This document shows, piece by piece, positions 8,058 through 16,110 of a stretch of DNA of 64,000 bases. Source of the stretch: Actinomycetota bacterium (lineage in GTDB: Bacteria > Actinomycetota > Acidimicrobiia > Acidimicrobiales > CADCSY01); the NCBI GenBank assembly GCA_016781135.1, contig JADDQY010000126.1, forward strand, positions 1,861-65,860, written 5' to 3'. The notes under the pieces were generated by a model that did no database searches, was not told where the DNA came from, and saw only the letters and a program-made list of their open reading frames with translations. The first letter of the stretch is position 1. Each line of letters opens with the position of its first letter. Position numbers and translations under genes: made by a program.

Positions 8058-11000
8058 GCGGCCTGGACGAACGCCAGCGGCGCGCGCTCGCCCAGCTCGT
8101 CGCCGCCGCGCGTTCGACGCTCTACGACGACGCCGAGCGCGCCCTCCGCGGCGTCTATGGCATCGTCCCCGACGGCACGCTCCAGCCCGTCGAAGGGCTG
8201 GTGCCCGACCCCGCGCTCCACGCGCGCCGCAGGACGCTCGAGGACGTCCTGCGGTACCTCCGCGCCGACGGCGCGACCGCGAGCGGCGCTGTCGAGCGAC
8301 TCACCCGACAAGTCGCCTTCACCCACCTCAACCGGCTCCTCGCCATCCGCGTCGCTGACGCCCTCGGCGTCCTCGCCTCGTCGCTGCGCGACGGCACGGA
8401 CTCCGCCGGGTTCCGTCAATGGGTCACCGACCTCGCCCCGCTTCTCGCCACGGCCGACGACACCGGCGGCTACTGGACCTACCTCAGCCAGTGCGCCGAC
8501 GAGCTCGCCGTCGACGCTCCCGCCCTGTTCGACCCCCGCAATCCGCTGCTCGCGCTACGCCCGTCGAAGGCGGCCTTCGAGCAGGTCGTGGCGCTCCTCG
8601 CCGACCCCGCCAACGCCGACCTGTGGGACGCCGACGACACCTTCGGTTGGGCGTACCAATTCTTCAACACCAAGGACGAGCGCCAGCAGATGCGGGCCGC
8701 GTCCGCCGCGCCCCGCGACAGCCGCGAGCTCGCCGTGCGGAACCAGTTCTTCACGCCGGCCTACGTCGTGCGGTTCCTCGTCCACAACACCCTCGGCCGC
8801 CGCCTCGTCGACGCCGACGCGTCGACGCCGCTGCTCGACCAGCTCGACCTCCTCGTCGACCCACCGACCACCAAGGCCGCCCCGGTCGACCTCGCCCAGG
8901 TGAAAGTCCTCGACCCGGCGTGCGGCAGCGGCCACTTCCTCCTCGGTTGCTACGACGTGCTCGAAGCGGCGTGGGCGCTGCGGGGCGTCCCGCCCGCCGA
9001 GGCTGCCGCCCGCATCGTCCCTGCCCTGTGGGGCATCGACATCGACCCCCGCGCCGTCCAGGTCGCCCAGGCGGCCGTGATCTTCCGCGCCCGGCGCGCC
9101 TGCGGCCGCGCCGCGCTGCCGCCGCCGAACATCGTGTGCGCCCGCGCCCTGCCCGAGGACGAGGTGGCTTGGGCCCACGCCGAAGCCGGCCTCAGCGCCG
9201 ACCTCCGCCACCTTGTGGCCGAGATGCGCGCCGCCCTCCGTGACGCGCCCGTGCTCGGCCCCCTCCTCAAGGCCGAGCAGCGCCTCGCCGTGGCGATCCG
9301 CTCCACCATCGCCGGCGCCGACGACACCGGCGACGACCTCTTCGCCACGGCCGGCATCGCCCACGACAACTTCGGCAACGCCGAGCGCGCCTTAGTGGCG
9401 GCGCTCCAGCGCGCCGCCGACGCGACGACCGCGACCGCTGCGGAACGCCTTCTCGCCGCTCACGCGTCAGATGCCGTCCGCTTCCTCGAAGCAGTACGAA
9501 GCCGGTATGACGTCGTCCTGATGAATCCGCCGTTTGGATTGGCGGTGCCTGAGACTGAGGCCTATCTCAAGTCGGCATATGCCCTCGGGTGGACAGATCT
9601 CTATGCATGCTTTGTGTTCCGGGCTTTGGAACTGCTGCGCGCTGACGGTTACAGCGGGTCGATCACTTCGAATCAGTATTTTACGACTCGGAAGCTCCTA
9701 GGGTTCCGCAAACAACTAGTCGAACGACATCGGCCCATTGTTGTCGTGGATCTCGGGGCAGGTGTCCTCCATGACGCTGCTGTCAACGTGTCCTGTCAGA
9801 TTCTTCCAAACAGTCGGTACAGCGGTCAGACACTCTATGCCGATCTCGCACGTCTCATTGCAGCGGATCAAGCCGGGGCGTTTGATAGGGGGGAAGTTGA
9901 CTTCGCCTCAGTTGATCTGGCCACGTTTCTCAACGTCGATGGTGTCCCCTTCGCCTTTCACGTAGAGGTGGATCGCCTGGGAGCATGGAGCGAGTCCGCT
10001 GCGCGGTTTGAGCCGGCTATAGGGATCGTACGAACCGGAGGGAATACGTTCGACAACTTCCGGTTCGTCCGGTGCCGCTGGGAAGTAGAAACGAGCAAAC
10101 TCGGAACCGAGTGGGTCTCGTACCAAAAAGGTGGCGAGTTTAGGCCGTACTGGGCTAGCTCGCATCTTGTCGTTGACTGGCGCAACAACGGGGAACAGCT
10201 CCGCAACTTCGGGCACCAGCGTGGCGTGCTTCCTCAAGTGATGCAGTCGTCAACTCACTGGCGCCGACCAGGTCTCTGCTACCCGCGAGCAAACAAGATG
10301 CTCGGTGTTCGACTACTTCCGGCGAACGAGATCTTTGCTGAGAAGTCGATCGCAATATTCCCGGCAGAGGATGCGATCCTGCTTCCTGTGCTCGCGTTCC
10401 TGAACAGCTCTACGGCTCTGCAACTTGCACGTACCTTTGGGCGCAGCCGGTTCATCGAGAACAGTGCTATCAAGCGGCTGCCGGTGTCACGAGAGCAGAT
10501 CAGCGGCCTCCGTGATCTCGATGAGGACATCGCAGCATTGGTGGACATTGGTCGCCAGCAGGAAGCACTCGACGAGACGACTGCCCTGTTCAGGGGATTC
10601 ACCGTCGACTACGACAGGTGGGCGGACTGGATTTCTCTCGCGCGCTCCGAGGCTGCAGAGCTCCAACAGAGGATCGACCACGCCGTCGCGACACGTCTGG
10701 GCGTCGCCGTCGAGAGTGGGCAAGCCGAGCGCCTCGGCGCCATCCTTGACGCGCTCGTATCAACGGCCGACGCAAGCGAGTGGGGTCAGCGCCTGCTGAG
10801 CTTCCTCGTCGGCGCCGCGTTTCGACGGTGGGAGGTGACAACGGCCGCTCCCGGTAACTCGGTCTTCCGGTTGGGATGGACTAAGCCCTTACCGGCGGTG
10901 CCACCTGGGGCTGGGCCAGCGTGGGACAGTGCCGACGCCGACGCCGTTCAGTTCATACTTCTCGACGAGCCGGGCAGCGATCGGGACATCGTCGCCGCGG

Positions 11001-11569
11001 TCGAAGCGATCTCGGGGCGAATTGCAGCCGGGGGCGAACTTCTCGATCGCGCGGTGGCGGAGGTCGGTGAGCGGACGCTGCGTTCGTACATCCGACGGCG
11101 CTTCTTCAAGGAGCACCTCGGCCGCTACTCCAAGAGTCGGCGGCAGGCGCCCGTCTACTGGCAGCTCATGGTCCCATCGGGGCAGTGGAGCGCCTGGCTC
11201 TACGCCCCTCGATTCAGCCGGGAAATGCTCTACGCGCTGGTCACGTTGGCCGACCACCGTCTCGCCCTCGCCGGCGAGCGGATCGAGGCGCTCCAGCGTG
11301 ACGACACCACGTCGGCGCGGCAGCGGCAGAAGGCGGTCGACGCGGAACGCACCCTCGCGACGGAGCTGCAGGACCTGCGCGGCGACATCGCCCGGCTCGC
11401 CGGCCTCGGCTGGCAGCCCGACCTCGACGACGGCTACGTGCTGTGCGCCGCGCCACTCGCCCGGTGGTTCCCGAAGAACATGTGGCGGCAGCTCGGCGAG
11501 CAGCTCGCCGCCATCAAGAAGGGTGCCTACCCGTGGGCCGGCGTCGACGGGCACCGGGACGAGCTGTGA
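8054..11569 (+). CDS. pglX: BREX N6-adenine DNA methyltransferase PglX
   Basis: 1171 aa with SAM-binding VLDPACGSGHFLL and catalytic VVLMNPPFG. GTGA overlap with brxC. Confidence 0.9.
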   Translation: MSGLDERQRRALAQLVAAARSTLYDDAERALRGVYGIVPDGTLQPVEGLVPDPALHARRRTLEDVLRYLRADGATASGAVERLTRQVAFTHLNRLLAIRVADALGVLASSLRDGTDSAGFRQWVTDLAPLLATADDTGGYWTYLSQCADELAVDAPALFDPRNPLLALRPSKAAFEQVVALLADPANADLWDADDTFGWAYQFFNTKDERQQMRAASAAPRDSRELAVRNQFFTPAYVVRFLVHNTLGRRLVDADASTPLLDQLDLLVDPPTTKAAPVDLAQVKVLDPACGSGHFLLGCYDVLEAAWALRGVPPAEAAARIVPALWGIDIDPRAVQVAQAAVIFRARRACGRAALPPPNIVCARALPEDEVAWAHAEAGLSADLRHLVAEMRAALRDAPVLGPLLKAEQRLAVAIRSTIAGADDTGDDLFATAGIAHDNFGNAERALVAALQRAADATTATAAERLLAAHASDAVRFLEAVRSRYDVVLMNPPFGLAVPETEAYLKSAYALGWTDLYACFVFRALELLRADGYSGSITSNQYFTTRKLLGFRKQLVERHRPIVVVDLGAGVLHDAAVNVSCQILPNSRYSGQTLYADLARLIAADQAGAFDRGEVDFASVDLATFLNVDGVPFAFHVEVDRLGAWSESAARFEPAIGIVRTGGNTFDNFRFVRCRWEVETSKLGTEWVSYQKGGEFRPYWASSHLVVDWRNNGEQLRNFGHQRGVLPQVMQSSTHWRRPGLCYPRANKMLGVRLLPANEIFAEKSIAIFPAEDAILLPVLAFLNSSTALQLARTFGRSRFIENSAIKRLPVSREQISGLRDLDEDIAALVDIGRQQEALDETTALFRGFTVDYDRWADWISLARSEAAELQQRIDHAVATRLGVAVESGQAERLGAILDALVSTADASEWGQRLLSFLVGAAFRRWEVTTAAPGNSVFRLGWTKPLPAVPPGAGPAWDSADADAVQFILLDEPGSDRDIVAAVEAISGRIAAGGELLDRAVAEVGERTLRSYIRRRFFKEHLGRYSKSRRQAPVYWQLMVPSGQWSAWLYAPRFSREMLYALVTLADHRLALAGERIEALQRDDTTSARQRQKAVDAERTLATELQDLRGDIARLAGLGWQPDLDDGYVLCAAPLARWFPKNMWRQLGEQLAAIKKGAYPWAGVDGHRDEL

Positions 11570-14073
11570 CCAGCCCGCTCCGCACCCGGCTCGCCGACCT
11601 GCTCGCCTCGGCCATCGACCGCCACCACCTGGTCGTGTGGCAGGACACACCGGGCGAGTACGGCGCTGTCGCCGACGCGGCGGTGCCGGCCGACGTGGCC
11701 TTCGCTCGCTACGACGGCAGCTGGTTCGAGCTCCGCCACCGCGTCGAGACGCAGCTCGCGCTGGCCGAGCCGCCACGGCTCGTGGTCTACGTCGGCGCCG
11801 GCCCGCCCCCCGCTGACCCGCTCGCTGAGTTGCGGGCAGCCGCCCACATCTTCGAGATGCCTCTCCGCACGCTCGTCAGGACGGCGCTCGACACCCATCT
11901 CGCCGCCACCCAGATCGACGCCATCGCCGACAGTGCGAAGACCTTCGGGGAGGCCGAGGCCGCCGCCGGCACCGGCGTCCCCCCCGGGGTCGTCTCGCTC
12001 GTGCCGATCCTCGGCGCCGGCCTCTCCGCCGTCGCCATGATCGTCGAGGTGCTCGGCGGCCGCCGGGACGCCGCAGTCGACGCGAAGGCCGCGTGGGGCG
12101 ACGTCCAGCGCCTCGTCGAGCGGACCTTAAACATCGCCACCGGCGACACCCACGACAAGCTGCGCGAGACCGTCGCACGCGTGTTGCTCCTCGACGCCGT
12201 CGACCGTGCGGGCGTGCTCCCGGAACGCCTCCACACCGCCCTCCCATCTGCCGACGACACCCAGCTGGCGGCCCGCGCGCAAGCCATCGGCGAGTGGTGG
12301 GCCCGGCATCCCGAGCAAGCTGCGGTCGCGTTCAGGGCCGCGGACGACAGCGCTGGTCTCGCCGAAGACATTCGCTGGGCCGACGACCTCGCCGCGGTCG
12401 ACGTCGCCGGGTCGATCGAATCGATCGCCGCCCGACGGGCGCTCGACCTGATCGCCGGCGGCGACAACGGCGCCGCGGAGGCGCTCGCCCTGCGGCGACT
12501 CGGTGGGCGGTGGACGCGGCTCGCCACCGTTGTCCCGGCGTCCGATGACGGCTGGGCCATGCGCTGGCGGGCGATCGTCGCTCTGGCGGAGCTACGCCAT
12601 GACATCGCTGCCCATGTGGTTGCGGCGGGAGCCGACAGCTCGGCGATGCTCACCTGGTACGCCAGCGATGGCTGGCGCGCCGACCGCGCCCACCGCCGGC
12701 TCGAGCTGGCCCTCACCGCTCTCGCCGAGCATGGTGAGCTCGAGCAACCCGTCGCCGAGGTCCGCGCCGCGTACGAGGACTGGCTCGCCGCGGTCATCGA
12801 GCGCTTCACCAACGCCGTCGACGCGGCCGGCTTCGCCACCGGGTCGCTGCTGCGGCAGTCAGAGATCTTCGCTCGTTACGTCAAGACCGGCGACCTCCCG
12901 ACCGCGTACATCTGGGTCGACGCATTCCGCTACGAGCTCGCCGTGGACGTCACCGAGTCCCTGCGCGCCGCCGGCAACGACGTGGAGCTAGTGCCCGCCA
13001 TCGCAGCGGCGCCCACGATCACACCGGTCGGCATGGCCAACTTGTGCCCCGGCTCAGACCAGGGCTTCTACATCGACGAGCACGGCGGCACGCTGACCGT
13101 CAACGTCGCCGGCACGATCGTTGCCAACGTCGACGACCGGCGGAAACTGCTCCGAGGCGCGCTCGGCGAGGTCGCCGACCTCGAGCTGGGCAAGTGCGTG
13201 CAGCTTGGCGAGCAGGCGCTACGCAAGGAGATCGAGGGCGCCAAAGCGGTCCTTGTCCGCTCCACCGAGTTCGACGTCCACGGCGAGTCCGGTCTCCTGA
13301 GCGCGGCGTGGACCGGCTTCGCCGACACACAGGGGACCCTGCCGCGGGTCGTCGCCAAGCTCGCCAAGGCCGGCGTCCGCAGGGTGGTCATCACCGCCGA
13401 CCACGGCTTCATCTCCCTCAGCCGCCGCCTCGGCGACGCCTACAAGATCGACGCTCCCAAGGGCGGTAGCGGCGACCTCCACCGCCGGGCGTGGATCGGC
13501 CGGGGCGGCGTCGACCATCCCTCGGTCGTCCGCGTGCCACTCGCCTCGACGGGCGTGTCGTCCGACCTCGACCTGCTCGTCCCCCGAGGGCTCGCCCTGT
13601 TCAAGGCGGGCGGCTCGAAGCAGTTCTTCCACGGCGGGCTGTCACCGCAGGAGCTGGTCGTGCCCGTCGTCGTCGCGGACCTCGCCGTGCCCGCCGACAC
13701 CGGCTCGGTCAAGGTCGACGTCGACGTCGTCGGTGGCGTGATCTCCACCGGCGTCTTCGCCGCGACGGTCTCTTTCAGCGGCAACCTCTTCACCGCCTCG
13801 GTCGTCGTCCGGGCCGTCGCCCGCCGCGGCAAGGACCTCGTCGTCGCCCATGTGGTCAGCGGCGACGGCTTCGATCCCGCATCCGGCACCGTCGAGGTCC
13901 CCGCGAGCAACGAGGTGCGCCTGGTGTTCCAGGTGACGAAGCGACTCGAGCCGAACGACCAGGTCGAGGTGCACGTGCTCGACGCCCGCACCGACGCCAT
14001 CCTGGGGAAGGCCTCCGTTTCGGTGGCTGCGCCCGTGTCGACCTTCGACGACGACCTCGAGGACGAGCGATGA
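11566..14073 (+). CDS. pglZ: BREX alkaline-phosphatase-fold protein PglZ
   Basis: The GTG at 11566 (GTGA overlap with the pglX stop) gives 835 aa. PglZ-type VVITADHGF block. Canonical position. Confidence 0.85.
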   Translation: MTSPLRTRLADLLASAIDRHHLVVWQDTPGEYGAVADAAVPADVAFARYDGSWFELRHRVETQLALAEPPRLVVYVGAGPPPADPLAELRAAAHIFEMPLRTLVRTALDTHLAATQIDAIADSAKTFGEAEAAAGTGVPPGVVSLVPILGAGLSAVAMIVEVLGGRRDAAVDAKAAWGDVQRLVERTLNIATGDTHDKLRETVARVLLLDAVDRAGVLPERLHTALPSADDTQLAARAQAIGEWWARHPEQAAVAFRAADDSAGLAEDIRWADDLAAVDVAGSIESIAARRALDLIAGGDNGAAEALALRRLGGRWTRLATVVPASDDGWAMRWRAIVALAELRHDIAAHVVAAGADSSAMLTWYASDGWRADRAHRRLELALTALAEHGELEQPVAEVRAAYEDWLAAVIERFTNAVDAAGFATGSLLRQSEIFARYVKTGDLPTAYIWVDAFRYELAVDVTESLRAAGNDVELVPAIAAAPTITPVGMANLCPGSDQGFYIDEHGGTLTVNVAGTIVANVDDRRKLLRGALGEVADLELGKCVQLGEQALRKEIEGAKAVLVRSTEFDVHGESGLLSAAWTGFADTQGTLPRVVAKLAKAGVRRVVITADHGFISLSRRLGDAYKIDAPKGGSGDLHRRAWIGRGGVDHPSVVRVPLASTGVSSDLDLLVPRGLALFKAGGSKQFFHGGLSPQELVVPVVVADLAVPADTGSVKVDVDVVGGVISTGVFAATVSFSGNLFTASVVVRAVARRGKDLVVAHVVSGDGFDPASGTVEVPASNEVRLVFQVTKRLEPNDQVEVHVLDARTDAILGKASVSVAAPVSTFDDDLEDER

Positions 14074-16091
14074 GCATCAAGATGGATCACCTCGACCGCC
14101 TGGCCAACGACGTCTTCCCCGGGCGCGTCGTCCGCAAGGACCTCGTGCGCCGCGTCAAGGTCGGCCACAACGTCCCGGTGCACGTGCTCGAGTTCCTCCT
14201 GGGCAAGTACTGCGCGTCCGACAACCCCGACGTGGTCGAGCAGGGCCTCGTCGTGGTCAACCAGACCCTGCAGGAGAACTTCATCCGCCCCGACGAGGCG
14301 GAGCTCGCCAAGGCGAAGGTGAAGTTCAAGGGGCAGCACCGGATCATCGACAAGGTCGAGGCTCGGCTCGCCGAAAACCGGTTCTGGGCCACGCTCAGCA
14401 ACTTCACCGACAAGTGGGTCCACATCCACGAGGACATCGTGAAGCGCTACGAACGCCTTCTGCAGGGCGGCGTGTGGTGCCAGATCGACCTTATCTACAA
14501 CGAGCTGGAGGACGAGAAGCCGCTCCGGCCCTTCTACATCAAGGCTCTGAAGCCGATCCAGGTTGCGGCGTTCGACATCGAGGACTACCTCGCCGGCCGC
14601 TCGCGCTTCTCGCGTGACGATTGGCTCGATCTCCTCGTCCGCTCCATCGGCCTGGAGGCGTCGCAGTACGACCTTCGCGCCAAGCTCGTCTCGCTGACAC
14701 GCCTGATCCCGATGGTCGAGCGCAACTACAACCTGATCGAGCTCGGCCCGTGGGGTACAGGCAAGTCGTTCGTGTACCGGGAGCAGTCACCAAACACCAT
14801 CCTCGTGTCGGGCGGCAAGGTCACCGTCCCGCAGCTGTTCGTCAACAACGCGACCGGACGCGTCGGCCTGCTCGGGATGTGGGATGTCGTCGCCTTCGAC
14901 GAGGTTGCCGGGCTCGAGCTCTCCGACACCACGGTTGTCCAGATGCTCAAGGACTACATGGAGGCGGGGTCGTTCGCTCGCGGCCGCGACGAGATCGTCG
15001 CCGAAGCCTCGACTGTGTTCGTCGGCAACACCACCCGACCGCACACCCAGCTGGTCCGCGACGCCCACCTCTTCGCCGACTTGCCGAAGGCGATGATCGA
15101 CCCGGCCTTCCTCGATCGCATGCACTTCTACCTTCCGGGGTGGGAAACGCCGAAGCTCGAGCCTCAGTTGTTCACCGACCACTACGGCTTCGTCTCGGAC
15201 TACCTCTCGGAGGCAATGCGGCAGCTGCGAAAGCGCACGTTCGTGAACGCGATCGACGCCGAGTTCGCTCTCGGCCCGCACCTGGCTCAGCGAGACGCGA
15301 AGGCCGTTCGCAAGACGGTTTCAGGTCTGCTCAAGCTGCTCCACCCTCACGGCGAGTGGACCCGCTCCGAGCTGCGTGAGTACCTCGAGTGGGCGATGGA
15401 AGGTCGCCGCCGTGTGAAGGAGCAGCTGAAGAAGCTCGCCGCGCACGACTTCTCGAAGACGGCCTTCACCTATGTCGAGGTCGATACGGGCCGCGAGTAC
15501 CCGGTCGAGGTGGCGGAGCAGCCGGAGGAGGATGTCGTCGCCGAGGCCCTCGAAGAGGAGCCGGCCGCGGGCGTGAGCGGCGGCGTTGACGCGGGGCCCG
15601 CGGTGCTGCCGACGGCCGAGTTGATCGCGGCTGGCGAGAGCCGCAACGTCGAGTTCAAGTCGACCGCTCGGTTGAACCTCCACACCAACCAGCGCGACCC
15701 CGCGATCGAGCTCGCCGTGGTCAAGACCGTCGCCGGGTTTCTCAACACTTACGGCGGCACGCTGGTGATCGGCGTGGCCGACGACGGCACCCTTCGGGGA
15801 CTGCACGACGACTACGTCACCGTGGGCAAAAAGGGCCGTGACGGGTACGAGAACTTCCTCACGACGCTGCTGGACACACGCGTCGGGCGAGCGGCCGTGG
15901 CGCACGTGAGCGTCAGCTTTGAGGCGGTCGACGGCCACGACGTCTGCCGGGTCGACGTGAAGCCCAGTCCCGAACCGGTCTTCGTGACGAACGACAAGGG
16001 CGACGCCGACCTCTACGTCCGTCTCAACAACAGCACCCGGCTGTTGAACACGTCGGACGCCTTGACGTACGTCCGGCAGCATTGGCGATAG
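14070..16091 (+). CDS. brxL: BrxL-type AAA ATPase with C-terminal AlbA_2 (Schlafen-like) domain
   Basis: The ATG at 14070 (ATGA overlap with the pglZ stop) gives 673 aa. BrxL-like N-terminus (FPGRVVRKDLV...VLEFLLGKYC), Walker A GPWGTGKS and Walker B VVAFDEV. An acidic linker is followed by ESRNVEFKS...VAGFLNTYGGTLVIGVADDG, which is AlbA_2-like. Confidence 0.8.
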   Translation: MSIKMDHLDRLANDVFPGRVVRKDLVRRVKVGHNVPVHVLEFLLGKYCASDNPDVVEQGLVVVNQTLQENFIRPDEAELAKAKVKFKGQHRIIDKVEARLAENRFWATLSNFTDKWVHIHEDIVKRYERLLQGGVWCQIDLIYNELEDEKPLRPFYIKALKPIQVAAFDIEDYLAGRSRFSRDDWLDLLVRSIGLEASQYDLRAKLVSLTRLIPMVERNYNLIELGPWGTGKSFVYREQSPNTILVSGGKVTVPQLFVNNATGRVGLLGMWDVVAFDEVAGLELSDTTVVQMLKDYMEAGSFARGRDEIVAEASTVFVGNTTRPHTQLVRDAHLFADLPKAMIDPAFLDRMHFYLPGWETPKLEPQLFTDHYGFVSDYLSEAMRQLRKRTFVNAIDAEFALGPHLAQRDAKAVRKTVSGLLKLLHPHGEWTRSELREYLEWAMEGRRRVKEQLKKLAAHDFSKTAFTYVEVDTGREYPVEVAEQPEEDVVAEALEEEPAAGVSGGVDAGPAVLPTAELIAAGESRNVEFKSTARLNLHTNQRDPAIELAVVKTVAGFLNTYGGTLVIGVADDGTLRGLHDDYVTVGKKGRDGYENFLTTLLDTRVGRAAVAHVSVSFEAVDGHDVCRVDVKPSPEPVFVTNDKGDADLYVRLNNSTRLLNTSDALTYVRQHWR

Positions 16092-16110
16092 GCGACTCGG
16101 AGGAGACCAC

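Noticed and set aside
9888-9893. G6 tract inside pglX as a phase-variation switch, by analogy with the poly-G tract reported in Streptomyces pglX
   Set aside because: Six residues is short for efficient slipped-strand variation and the frame is currently intact. There is no read data to show length heterogeneity.
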